The position numbers and the translations under genes were made by a program. From NCBI GenBank assembly GCA_964016885.1, contig OZ024741.1, positions 395,188,001-395,252,000 on the forward strand: 64,000 nucleotides of DNA, given 5' to 3'. The notes beneath the pieces were generated by a model, which was not told the origin of the DNA, searched no databases, and worked only from the letters and a program-made list of their open reading frames with translations. Of the stretch, positions 52,721-64,000 are shown one piece after another. How positions within the stretch are numbered: the stretch's first letter is position 1; each line of letters starts with the position of its first letter. Source of the DNA: Eledone cirrhosa (Eukaryota).

Positions 52721-53236
52721 ATGAAAAAAGCTCTTGAAACACACAAAATAATCAAAAGCAAAAGACAACCGAAATCACTGAAAACATTACTCACCAATGC
52801 CAAATTACCTACCACAAACCCACAACCAACTGTCAAAAAATGTGGTCGCTCTAATTGTGGAACCTGTACTCACCTCATTGAAGGCAACACGTATACATTT
52901 AAATCAGGACAAAATTTTGCTGTAAAAAATCACTTCACTTGCTCATCAAAAAATCTAATTTATGCCATTAAATGTAAAGGATGCAATGAAGATTATATAG
53001 GACAAACTAAACTCACACTCAGAAATAGAATGACAGTTCATCGCCAACAATTACGAGATCCAACCACGAGACAGATATCACTAAGCGCACATCTAGACAT
53101 TTGCGCAAGTAATAATACACCCAAATTCCAAGTCTTCCCATTTTACCTTTACGCTGACAATACAACAGAACAAATACGAATAAATAAGGAAAATATGTTT
53201 ATTCAAAAATATAGACCAGCATTAAATATGGTTTAA
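52721..53236 (+). CDS. Open GIY-YIG endonuclease domain of the Penelope-like element (5'-truncated)
   Basis: LIYAIKC..C...YIGQT..LRNRM..H...LN motif intact, preceded by a CX4CX2C linker. Confidence 0.8.
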   Translation: MKKALETHKIIKSKRQPKSLKTLLTNAKLPTTNPQPTVKKCGRSNCGTCTHLIEGNTYTFKSGQNFAVKNHFTCSSKNLIYAIKCKGCNEDYIGQTKLTLRNRMTVHRQQLRDPTTRQISLSAHLDICASNNTPKFQVFPFYLYADNTTEQIRINKENMFIQKYRPALNMV

Positions 53237-53899
53237 TATACATTATGTCAACACCATAACATGCTAACCATCCAAACAGACACATACACACACACATAAC
53301 ACCTACTTTAGAAAATAAAAACCCGAACTAAATAAACCTTAACATACGTTTGCGCTGACAATACAACAGAACAAATACGAATAAGGAAAATATGTTCATT
53401 GAAAAATATTCCTACTAACGGAATCATTTTCCTACACACACACACATACACACACACACACACAAAATATATATTTTCTTCATCTTAACATGCTAACCAT
53501 ACTCCCACACACACATAACACTCATACACACACACAGCTCCCTCCCCCATTTCTACTAATAGAATCACTTTCCTACACGCACACACACGCACACACACAC
53601 ACACACAAAATATATATATTCTCTCCATCTTAACATACTCCCACATACACACACACATAACACCCATACACACAACTCCCTCCCTTATTTCTACCAATAG
53701 AATCATCTTCCTATACACACACACATACACACACACAAACACACAAATAAACACATCTTTACTTTCTTTATTTCAATAGAAAATCTGAACTCTGACACCC
53801 CAGCGAACTAGCCATATTCACTGAACCAGAACAATTCTCCCATGCCATTTGTCTTGACCATTCTTTTGCTTGTCATAAAATTCTCTAAATGGCTACAAA

Positions 53900-54020
53900 A
53901 TAAATAATTGTTTCTACTTTAGGCACAAGGCCAGCAAATTACCTAGTACATTACTGGTACTTTATTTTATCGACCCCGTAAGGATGAAAGGCAAAGTTAA
54001 CCTCGGCGGGATTTTACTCA
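53900..54020 (-). mobile_element. Partial SINE inside the pLTR
   Basis: Same core as 6620-6760; absent from the pLTR copy at about 57795. Confidence 0.85.
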
Positions 54021-54360
54021 GCGCGGAACTTGTTCACGTGAGTCATAATTTCATTTATAACCAATCAGATTACATTTTTTTAGAAAAAGCCTTTGTGAGC
54101 CCCTTTTTTTAAGTAAAAAGTAATTCAAACACTCATATATGAAAAAACAACCTGAAAAAACAACCTGAAAAGCAGAAGAACTGCGAAACCGGTAAAGGAA
54201 CCAAATAATTATATATTTTTTTTTTAAATAAGACTCCAGTTGCATTTTCGATTTCATCTTTTTTTCTTTATACTTTCACTCGTGTAGGACACCTCGGTTA
54301 TTTTTCATTTTGTAAAAAAACCTCACTTTCTAATACATACCCACCACACGAAGACCGAAA

Positions 54361-57295
54361 ATGCCACCAAAGTCTCAACAAAACAACAACTCACTGAATC
54401 AGGACATCTTAAATAAACTCAAAGAGATTTCCTCTAAACTCTCAATGTTGACCAACAAAGTGGACCAAATACACATCTATAAAAAAGGACCCCACGAAGA
54501 AACAGAAAATACCCAAGAGACGAATATTACTCCAGCATTAACTAAACTAATCGAAACCATTGAAACAGCAATGCTCCAAAAGCTGGAACAGCCATTAGAA
54601 CCCAATCTACAAGATGTCCACTCAGTGAAAAACACCCTAATCAATATATGGACTCAAAAGCTCACAGCCCGCAAATTCACCTTTTGGAATCTCCTAAAAA
54701 ATAATGGCAAGGCAGACATATATGAAAAGGGGCTAAACTCTACCCCAATCATCCTCCCCCAAAAACTCCAAATAAAACCCATCCCGAATGAACCAGAAAA
54801 CCAACAAAGACTTAGGGAAAAGATGGCGTTAGAAAAATTTAAAATAGAAATAGAACTGTTACGATTAAGAGCCAACTCCAACGAAGAAAGATTCAAGTCA
54901 CTCGACCAACAGATGGACACAGAAATCTCAAGGCACTCTGAAAGCCTACTCTATGAAAAAACCTTAAAACTTTGGAAAGAAAACTGTGAGGATGAAGAAC
55001 TAACATCCCTCCAGCGATGGGAAAAAAACGCCACCTGGTTCAACAACTACGAAATGGATTTCAAAAATGAACAACATACAGGTAACCCATTTTTAAAATA
55101 AACTAAAACTCACACACCACATGCACAACAAATAACAAAAAAAGTAACAAAACGTCCAACATACCCCAGCAAAACTATAACGATAATCCCAGAACCCATA
55201 GACAAAACTATAACCCTACTAATAAAAACCGAAGATCCCCCAACACAAGATAGGACCCGATCCGCAGATCACAACCAACACAAAACCTATTCCAAAACCG
55301 TAGACCCCTGCCCACACAGAGCCTGTTCCAAAATCGTAGATCCAAACCCACACAAAGGAACAACATCTACAACCCGGAATATCAACAAACCGAGCCTCAA
55401 TACGTCCGAAACTTCTATACAAGACCACACAACAACAGGGGAAATGCCATTAGATTTAATAATACCATTGAAAAAATATTCCAGAAAAATCATTTTTAGA
55501 CCAAGGCTACAGGACCCACGACACCCGGTAGCACAAACCGATTTTGAAAAACCGAAAATAATCAACCTTTCAAATACAAACCTCTCAGCCCAACAAGTAA
55601 AAATTCTCTCCAAAGGACTGAAATTCACACCAACACCACAATATTCTAACCTCAATGAGATAAATGACGATATCTCACACTTCTGTAGAAAATTACGTCT
55701 CACAGAGGAATTCTTTGACAAGGAGAATAACGACTAATCAATTGTACGGAATAAAAGCAGCTACAACCCAACAAAAGGTAGAAACAGAGTTCTGGACAAA
55801 TTTTGTGACCACATAGCCACTTTCCCATACCATGAACTACCGCAACCTAAACCCAAACCCAACACGAGTCGAAGGGAATGGGAGATTATCCATGAACTAA
55901 AAAACAATACGGACATTATAATTAAGGAAGCAGACAAGGGAAGTACTGTTGTCATTATGGAGGCTGAAAAATATAAAAATTCTATGCTCTCTCTCTTACA
56001 AAATACTAATTACTATGAAAGAGTAAAAAACTACCAGCAATCAAAAACAATGACCAGATTAAACACACTGATTTGTCGATACCAGGAAGACATAACTAAA
56101 AAAGAACGCGATTATTTAACACATTTTGAATACAAAACCAGCAACCTTTACGGACTTCCGAAGATCCACAAGTGTAAAATAATTAACATGCCTGTAAACA
56201 ATCCACCTCAGCTTGCGTGAACACACAATACCCCACAGACCTTAAATTAAGACCAATTGTAGTGGGCCCACAATGTGAAACACACAGACTGAGCAACTTT
56301 ATAGACATACTACTAAAACCAATTCTCAAACACATACCAAGCCTTGTAAGAGACGATCTGGACCTCTTAAACCACCTCCCCAAACATGTCAACAACGATA
56401 CTATTATTGTGTTTTTCGATATAGTGAATCTCTACACAACGATCCCACACCAATACGGACTAGAAGCAATAGGATTCTGGCTAGAGAAATATCCCAATGA
56501 GATACCTGACAGAATAGAAAAAAGCTTCATCACCGAGGGATTAAAATTTATCTTACAGAACAACTTTTTTGATTTTGATGGCAGTACTTACAAGCAAATA
56601 TCGGGGACTGCGATGGGTACAAAAGCCGCTCCGACTTATGCCAACTTAGTCATGGCATACTTAGAAGTCCAGATTTATGAACAGTCCAAATTAAAATACG
56701 GATTGAACTTCCACAAATATTTATCAGAGAATTGGAAACGCTACTTGGATGATTGTCTCATTCTTTGGCCCCATACACTCGACCAACTGAATGATTTAAA
56801 AAATTTAAAAACGGCATCAATAACCACATCCAATTCACAATGGAATACAGCCAAGATCAACTCCCATTTCTGGACATCTTAATATTAAAAAAAGACACAA
56901 ATATTGAAACTGACATACATTACAAACCAACAGATTCCAAACAATACCTGCTATTCACCTCCAACCATCCAAAGCACACGAAGACGAACATTCCTTTTAA
57001 CCTAGCAAGAAGAATTTGTACAATTGTCTCCAATTATGAAACGCGAAATAAAAGACTTCAAGAATTAAAGGAAATTCTACTCGAAAGACAGTACCCACCA
57101 TTACTAATGAATAATGGAATAGAAAGGGCTAAAGTAATAGGCATTGATGAATTACGAAAACAGAAACAAATTCAAGGTACGTCCAATATTCTATCATATA
57201 TCTCAACACACAACCCAAGAAATGCGGACTCTTACAACACTATTCACAAGAATACCACTACTGAAACAAGACCCAAGAATGAAAAAAGCCCTTGG
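54361..57295 (+). pseudogene. Penelope-like polyprotein (helical N-terminal region plus RT), frameshifted, with the endonuclease deleted
   Basis: ORFs 54361-55101, 55444-55737, 55957-56220, 56217-56882 and 56840-57298 are collinear. Confidence 0.9.
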
Positions 57296-58389
57296 TAAGG
57301 AAAATATGTTCATTAAAAAATATTCCTACTAACGGAATCATTTTCCTACACACACACACACAAAATATATATTCTCTTCATCTTAACATGTTAACCATAC
57401 TCCCCCACACACATAACACCCATACACACACACAACTCCCTCCCCCATTTCTACTAATAGAATCACTTTCCTACACACACACACACACACAAAATATATA
57501 TTTTCTCTCCATCTTAACATACTCCCACACACACACACATAACACCCATATACACACATACATAACTCCCTCCCCCATTTCTACCAATAGAATCATCTTC
57601 CTATACACACACACACGCGCGCACACAAACACACAAATAAACATACATATGTCTACTTTCTTTATTTCAATAGAAAATCTGAACTCTGACACCCCAGCGA
57701 ACTAGCCATATTCACTGAACCAGAACAATTCTCCCATGCCATTTGTCTTGACCATTCTTTTGCTTGTCATAAAATTCTCTAAATGGCTACAAAATAAATA
57801 ATACGGGCGCGGAACTTGTTCATGTGACAGTTATAATTGCAATCAAATTGCATAAAAAAAAAAAAAGCCTTCGTGAGCCATTTTTTTTCTTGTCATAAAA
57901 TTCTCTAAAAGGCTACAAAACAAATTCCGAAATACGGGCGCGAAATTTAATGAACTTGTTCACGTGACAGCCATAATTTCATTTATAACCAATCAGATTA
58001 CATTTTTTCAGAAAAAGCCTTCGTGCGCCCCCTTTTTTAAGTAAAAGGTAATTCAAACACTCATATATGAAAAAACAACCTGAGCACCCCCCCCCCCTTG
58101 TTTGAAGAACTTTGTAACGCGAACTGGCGCGAAATTTATTATACTTATTGACCAACCAATCAAATTACTTCTCTAAAAACCTGGCGTTTCGAGCCACTTT
58201 TTTCCATATAAAACAAGTAACATTCAAAGATCAACCAGATGTGAGAAAAACCACAGACCCTTCATCTCAACTCTACTTTTGAAAAGCAGAAGAACTGCGA
58301 AACCGGTAAAGGAACCAAATAAATATATATATTTTTAAATAAGACTACAGTTGCATATATATATATAGATAGACAGAGAGAGGGAGTGA

Positions 58390-61300
58390 GAGAGAGAGAG
58401 AGGGGGGAGATTGGAAATAGCGCGGAAAATATATTTAAGGGTCTGTGTTTCTTCTTTTTTTTCCATTCTTTGATTCGTCAAAGCAACATTATTGAGAGAG
58501 ACAATTCTTTTAAAAAAGAGTTTTATATGTTTATAAAGTATATAAAGTATAACCGGTTTCGATGTATTAGTAAAATTCATCTTATCAAATGGTGAGTATT
58601 ACAATTAAAAAGAATCAATAAGAATTAAAAACTAAAAATTAAAGATTTAAAATTAAGAGTTGAGGTAAGTTTTCTTCATCTTTCTTGTTAAGAAGGAGAC
58701 TGGAAAATGAACTCTTCTGTATATATAGAGATAGGTGTAATCATAAAGTAGCAGCAGCAGTGGTAGTAGTTGTGTTTTTGCATAGAACAAAATGCTTTTA
58801 GGGACAAAGCAAATATTCTGTATATATGTGTGTGTATCTCAATTGTGTTAATGGACTGGTCAAGGGTTCAGATGGGGGTGGCGCGAGTCGGAGGGCGGAA
58901 TTGTAAGCTAGAGACAAATTCTATGGGATTGGCAACAGTAGGGTTGTAAAAGAAATTCTATTTTTGGAATATGGTTTTAGAGAGTGTGTGTAGTGTGAGA
59001 GTGTATATATAAAAATACACACGTGTGTCACAAGTCCTTTTGTGGTGGGAAATTTAATAAGACAGAACAGAACATCAGTGGTGGCATTGAATCAGGAATT
59101 TTGGGAAAATATGTGTATGAGCAATTTTTTCTCTCTTATTTCGTAGTGTGTGTGAGTGTGTGTGTGTGCGTGTGTGGTATTGCGTGTGCGTGGGGGAGAG
59201 AGAGAATCTAATAATGGTGATAATTACATATTTAATTTTGGTTTAAATTTGTTAATAAATAGTTTTTCTTTATTTATTCCTTGTTGTTGAGTGAAAGAAT
59301 CGGGGCACTTGTAAAGGGGGGAGATTTTAAAATTGGGTAGGGTTATTCCTGCACAATTTGCAGTGTGGCTACTTAAGGGGATTTTTCTTGTGTTTACGTC
59401 TCAGATTTGTTGGCGATGGATGGTCATTCTTTTGCGTAATGACACACCTGTCTGTCCTATATAGTTATGTCGACAGCCACCGCATGTGATTACGTAGATC
59501 AGGTTTTCTGAGTTGCAAGTGAAGTTAATTTTCTCTGAAAGTTTGGCCATTTTTAAATGTGAATTTTTGTCCTTCAATTAAGTATAGGCATGTTCCACAG
59601 TTTGTTCTTCCGCATTTTGTTACCGTAAGGCGGGAGATTGGTTTGTGTATATTTGTTCCGGTGAGAATGTGTATTTCTAGGATTTCTTTCATTTTTTCAT
59701 CTTTAAATAGAATGGGGAGGTTTTTGTGTAGGAGGAAGAACATCTCGGTGTTTCTGGGGTTGAACGTGGATACATATGGTAAGGTATTGTTTGTGGTTCT
59801 GTGCTTTGGGTTGTTGGGTTGATGACAATTTGTGTGTTTTGCTCTGTCTATTCCGTTATTAATTATGTCAAGTGGGAAGGCTCTTAACGTAAGTGTGTTT
59901 TTTAGTTCATTTAGTCTTTGTTCCCGTTTAGCTGGGTCTGATACTATGGTGCATAAACGCTTAGCTAAATTAAAAAGAATGTTAAGTTTTGTATGTTTTG
60001 GGTGATTTGATGTGAAAAGGAGTTACTGTTTGGAGTCCGTGGATTTATAAAAGATCTCTGTTTCTATGTTCACATCTGTTTTTAAAATAAGGATATCCAA
60101 GAAAGCTAATTCCTTGAGGTTGGATTCCATTGTGAATGTTGTTTATCATATTTTTGAAAAGAGTGAGTGTATTCATGTCTTCCTGCCATAGTATAAAGCA
60201 ATCATCTAGGTATCTCTTCCAATTATTTTTGAGATGTGTAAGGAAAAAGTCTCCGAATAATAGAAGGGATTGGTTGTAGATTTGTTTTTCGTGGAATCCC
60301 ATGACTAAGTTGGCGTATGTGGGGGCTACCTTGTGCCCATTGCAGTACCTGAGATTTGTCGGTATGTTGAATCATTGAAAGTAAAAAAAATTATTCTGTA
60401 AGATAAATCGGAGTCCATCAATAATAAAGTTATTGTTGATGCGTGTTAGTATTTCAGATTGGTGAGTGTCTAGCCAGTACTAGATTGCTGTTATTCCATA
60501 GTTATAGGGTATGTTAGTGTAAAGGGTTACTACGTCAAATGAGACAAGAATAGTCTTTTCACTTACTGTTTTGGTTAGGTGGTTCATCATATCAAGGTCA
60601 TCCCATATGTAGCTCTGTATATGTTTTAGTAATGGCTTTAATCGGATGTCCAGGGAGTTGCTAAGTCTGTGGGTTTCACATGCAGGCCTGTTATAATTGG
60701 TCTGAGTTTTAAGTCTTCTGGTGGTGTTAATTGTATGTATTTGTTAGTCGAACTGTCACATGTATCATTTATGAGTTTATATTTGTGTACCTTCGGTAAG
60801 CCGTAGAAAGCACTTGTATTACATTTGAAATAACTTATGTATTGAAATTATTTTGTGGTTAGGCTATTGCGATATTTTTGTAGTAATGCTAGGAGATTCC
60901 CCATTGTTTTAGTTTGTTTGTAGTTTTCTGTTTTTTCTTAGAACTTGTTGTCGAAGATTTTAAGTGCCAGGTTCCTATAGTAGTTAGTGTCCATAATGAC
61001 CACAGTGATCCCTTTATCAGCTTCTTTGATGGTTATTTCAGTGTTATCTCGAAGTATGAATAATTCTTTCCATTCGGGTTTGGAGAGGTTCGATTCCGTA
61101 TGTTTATTTGCAATTTGTTCATAGGGAAAGTTGATGGTGCGTTCACAGTAGGTGTCCAGTGCTCTGTTCATCCCTTTCTGTAGGCAAAAATAACTTTTGT
61201 TTCTGACTATTGATTTGTCTTCAGTGTTGGTGTCATTGGAGAAGTATTCTATTAGTCTAAGTTTCCCACAGAATTCCATGATGTCATCTTTCATTTTGGA

Positions 61301-64000
61301 GAAGTTAGATTTTTGTGGTATGGGTGTAAATTTCAGTCTCTTAATTAATATGTTAATTTGTGTGATAGTTAGTGGTATCTTTGAAAGGTTAATTTCTTCG
61401 GCTTCTCATGAGTGGAGGCCATCGGGTGTCCTGGTATTTCAGTCTTGTTCCTAAAAAAGGAATGTTGTTTTGGTTGTAATTGTAGTCTGCTTGTCTGTTT
61501 TGTATGGGTCTGTAGTTTTTTTTTTTTCAGGAGAGTTAATGTGGTGATGGGGGTGGTATCTGTTGTAGTTGTTATTGTGTAAGGGTTCTGTTATGGGTTC
61601 ATGTGGTCTGGGTAAGTTCTTTCTGGGATACGTAGTGTTGATGTTGTGGGGTTGTTTTTTTGTAGTGTTGGGGGTGATACCTGTTATAGTTGTTAATGTG
61701 GGAAGGTTTTGTTGGGATTTCGTGTGGTCTGGGTGGATTTCTTCTGAAGTGTATGGTGTTTGTGTTGCGGGTTAGTTCTGTTTGTGTTGTGGATTAGTTC
61801 TGTTGTTTGTGTTGCGGGTTAGTTCTATGGTGTTTGTGTTGCGGGTTAGTTCTGTTTGTGTTGTGGATTAGTTCTGGTGTTTGTGTTGCGGGTTAGTTCT
61901 GTTTGTGTTGTGGATTAGTTCTGTTGTTTGTGTTGCGGGTTAGTTCTATGGTGTTTGTGTTGTGGATTAGTTTTATGTTGTTTGTGTTGTGGATTAGTTT
62001 TATGTTGTTTGTGTTGTGGATTAGTTCTATGGTGTTTGTGTTGCGGGTTAGTTCTGTTGTTTGTGTTGTGGATTAGTTCTATGTTGTTTGTGTTGTGGAT
62101 TAGTTTTATGTTGTTTGTGTTGTGGATTAGTTTTATGTTGTTTGTGTTGTGGATTAGTTCTATGGTGTTTGTGTTGCGGGTTAGTTCTGTTGTTTGTGTT
62201 GCGGGTTAGTTCTATGGTGTTTGTGTTGCGGGTTAGTTCTGTTGTTTGTGTTGCGGGTTAGTTCTATGGTGTTTGTGTTGTGGATTAGTTTTATGTTGTT
62301 TGTGTTGTGGGTTTTATGTTGTTTGTGTTGTGGATTAGTTCTATGGTGTTTGTGTTGCGGGTTAGTTCTGTTGTTTGTGTTGTGGATTAGTTCTGTTGTT
62401 TGTGTTGCGGGTTAGTTCTGTTGTTTGTGTTGCGGGTTAGTTCTATGGTGTTTGTGTTGTGGATTAGTTCTGTTGTTTGTGTTGTGGATTAGTTCTGTTG
62501 TTTGTGTTGCGGGTTAGTTCTGTTGTTTGTGTTGTGGATTAGTTCTATGTTGTTTGTGTTGTGGATTAGTTTTATGTTGTTTGTGTTGTGGATTAGTTCT
62601 ATGGTGTTTGTGTTGCGGGTTAGTTCTGTTGTTTGTGTTGCGGGTTAGTTCTATGGTGTTTGTGTTGCGGGTTAGTTCTGTTGTTTGTGTTGCGGGTTAG
62701 TTCTGTTGTTTGTGTTGCGGGTTAGTTCTATGGTGTTTGTGTTACGGGTTAGTTCTGTTGTTTGTGTTGTGGATTAGTTCTGTTGTTTGTGTTGCGGGTT
62801 AGTTCTGTTGTTTGTGTTGCGGGTTAGTTCTATGGTGTTTGTGTTGTGGATTAGTTCTGTTGTTTGTGTTGTGGATTAGTTCTGTTGTTTGTGTTGCGGG
62901 TTAGTTCTGTTGTTTGTGTTGCGGGTTAGTTCTATGGTGTTTGTGTTGCGGGTTAGTTCTGTTGTTTGTGTTGCGGGTTAGTTCTGTTGTTTGTGTTGTG
63001 GATTAGTTTTATGTTGTTTGTGTTGTGGATTAGTTTTATGTTGTTTGTGTTGTGGATTAGTTTTATGTAGTTTGTGTTGTGGATTAGTTCTATGTTGTTT
63101 GTGTTGTGGATTAGTTTTATGTTGTTTGTGTTGTGGATTAGTTTTATGTTGTTTGTGTTGTGGATTAGTTCTATGTTGTTTGTGTTGTGGATTAGTTCTA
63201 TGTTGTTTGTGTTGTGGATTAGTTTTATGTTGTTTGTGTTGTGGATTAGTTCTATGTTGTTTGTGTTGTGGATTAGTTTTATGTTGTTTGTGTTGTGGAT
63301 TAGTTTTATGTTGTTTGTGTTGTGGATTAGTTTTATGGTGTTTGTGTTGTGGATTAGTTTTATGTTGTTTGTGTTGTGGATTAGTTTTATGTTGTTTGTG
63401 TTGTGGATTAGTTTTATGTTGTTTGTGTTGTGGATTAGTTCTATGGTGTTTGTGTTGCGGGTTAGTTCTGTTGTTTGTGTTGCGGGTTAGTTCTATGGTG
63501 TTTGTGTTGCGGGTTAGTTCTGTTGTTTGTGTTGCGGGTTAGTTCTGTTGTTTGTGTTGCGGGTTAGTTCTATGGTGTTTGTGTTACGGGTTAGTTCTGT
63601 TGTTTGTGTTGTGGATTAGTTCTGTTGTTTGTGTTGCGGGTTAGTTCTGTTGTTTGTGTTGCGGGTTAGTTCTATGGTGTTTGTGTTGTGGATTAGTTCT
63701 GTTGTTTGTGTTGTGGATTAGTTCTGTTGTTTGTGTTGCGGGTTAGTTCTGTTGTTTGTGTTGCGGGTTAGTTCTATGGTGTTTGTGTTGCGGGTTAGTT
63801 CTGTTGTTTGTGTTGCGGGTTAGTTCTGTTGTTTGTGTTGTGGATTAGTTTTATGTTGTTTGTGTTGTGGATTAGTTTTATGTTGTTTGTGTTGTGGATT
63901 AGTTTTATGTAGTTTGTGTTGTGGATTAGTTCTATGTTGTTTGTGTTGTGGATTAGTTTTATGTTGTTTGTGTTGTGGATTAGTTTTATGTTGTTTGTGT
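58390..64000 (-). mobile_element. Related but diverged Neptune-type Penelope-like element (RT about 61450-59700, GIY-YIG about 59630-59224), decayed, running off the window
   Basis: IKEADKGITVVIMD, FYGLPKVHK, FDVVTLYTNIP, WKRYLDDCF, KCGRTNCGTC, NLIYVITCGGC..YIGQT, FKPKLNM*. Confidence 0.92.
61752..64000 (-). repeat. Minisatellite of mixed 27/25-bp units (TGTTTGTGTTGYGGRTTAGTTYTATGK) inside the 5' part of the Penelope-like element
   Basis: Read directly. The 27-mer encodes (H)(K/R)TNPQHK(Q/H) on the element strand. Confidence 0.95.

Larger units (their letters stand above)
52662..58355 (+). mobile_element. Partial-tandem Neptune-type Penelope-like insertion: GIY-YIG plus pLTR (52662-54335), then a body with N-terminal ORF, RT and pLTR
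   Basis: GIY-YIG ORF 52721-53236. RT motifs LSKGLKFTPTP, IKEADKGSTVVIM, LYGLPKIHK, LRPIV, FDIVNLYTTIP, GTAMGT..AP.YANL, RYLDD, PFLDI, SNHP. pLTR repeated at 53240-54335 and 57296-58355. Confidence 0.95.

Noticed and set aside
54361-61450. Selenocysteine or programmed read-through in PLE ORFs, as in Naiad elements
   Set aside because: The interruptions are frameshifts and mixed stop codons consistent with decay, and the endonuclease is C-terminal, unlike Naiad.
61928-63542. Cys-rich (CCGLVLCCL)n ORFs resembling metallothionein or keratin-associated proteins
   Set aside because: They are antisense translations of the minisatellite, with non-ATG starts.
61752-64000. GGGTTAG resembling telomeric repeat
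   Set aside because: It occurs singly within 25/27-bp units and never as tandem (TTAGGG)n.

Overview
Eukaryotic, AT-rich and almost entirely repeat-derived DNA, most likely a coleoid cephalopod (Octopus-like). That taxon call is inferred from recalled SINE motifs and (TA)n/(CA)n/(GA)n density and has not been verified. No intact host gene is evident. In order, the window holds: an R4/Dong-type RLE retrotransposon 3' end, two Tx1/L1-clade LINEs and a SINE stacked at (TAA)n tracts (0.1-9.7 kb); a patchwork of short Penelope-like pseudo-LTR remnants with inverted repeats (10-16 kb); RTE, CR1-like and mariner fossils (16.7-22.9 kb); a solo LTR (23.9-24.3 kb); a 14.6 kb array of a 52-bp double-hairpin satellite (24.5-39.1 kb); and a cluster of Penelope-like elements with RT and GIY-YIG domains (40.5-64 kb). 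The main unannotated signal is about a dozen type I hammerhead-ribozyme-like motifs. Several carry unusually long, structured stem II insertions, and two otherwise dissimilar copies share a GATTCCAGAGTCA motif there. The largest Penelope-like family shows no recognisable hammerhead but carries an E2F/E-box/CCAAT promoter-like cassette in its terminal repeat. All alignments and folds were done by eye.
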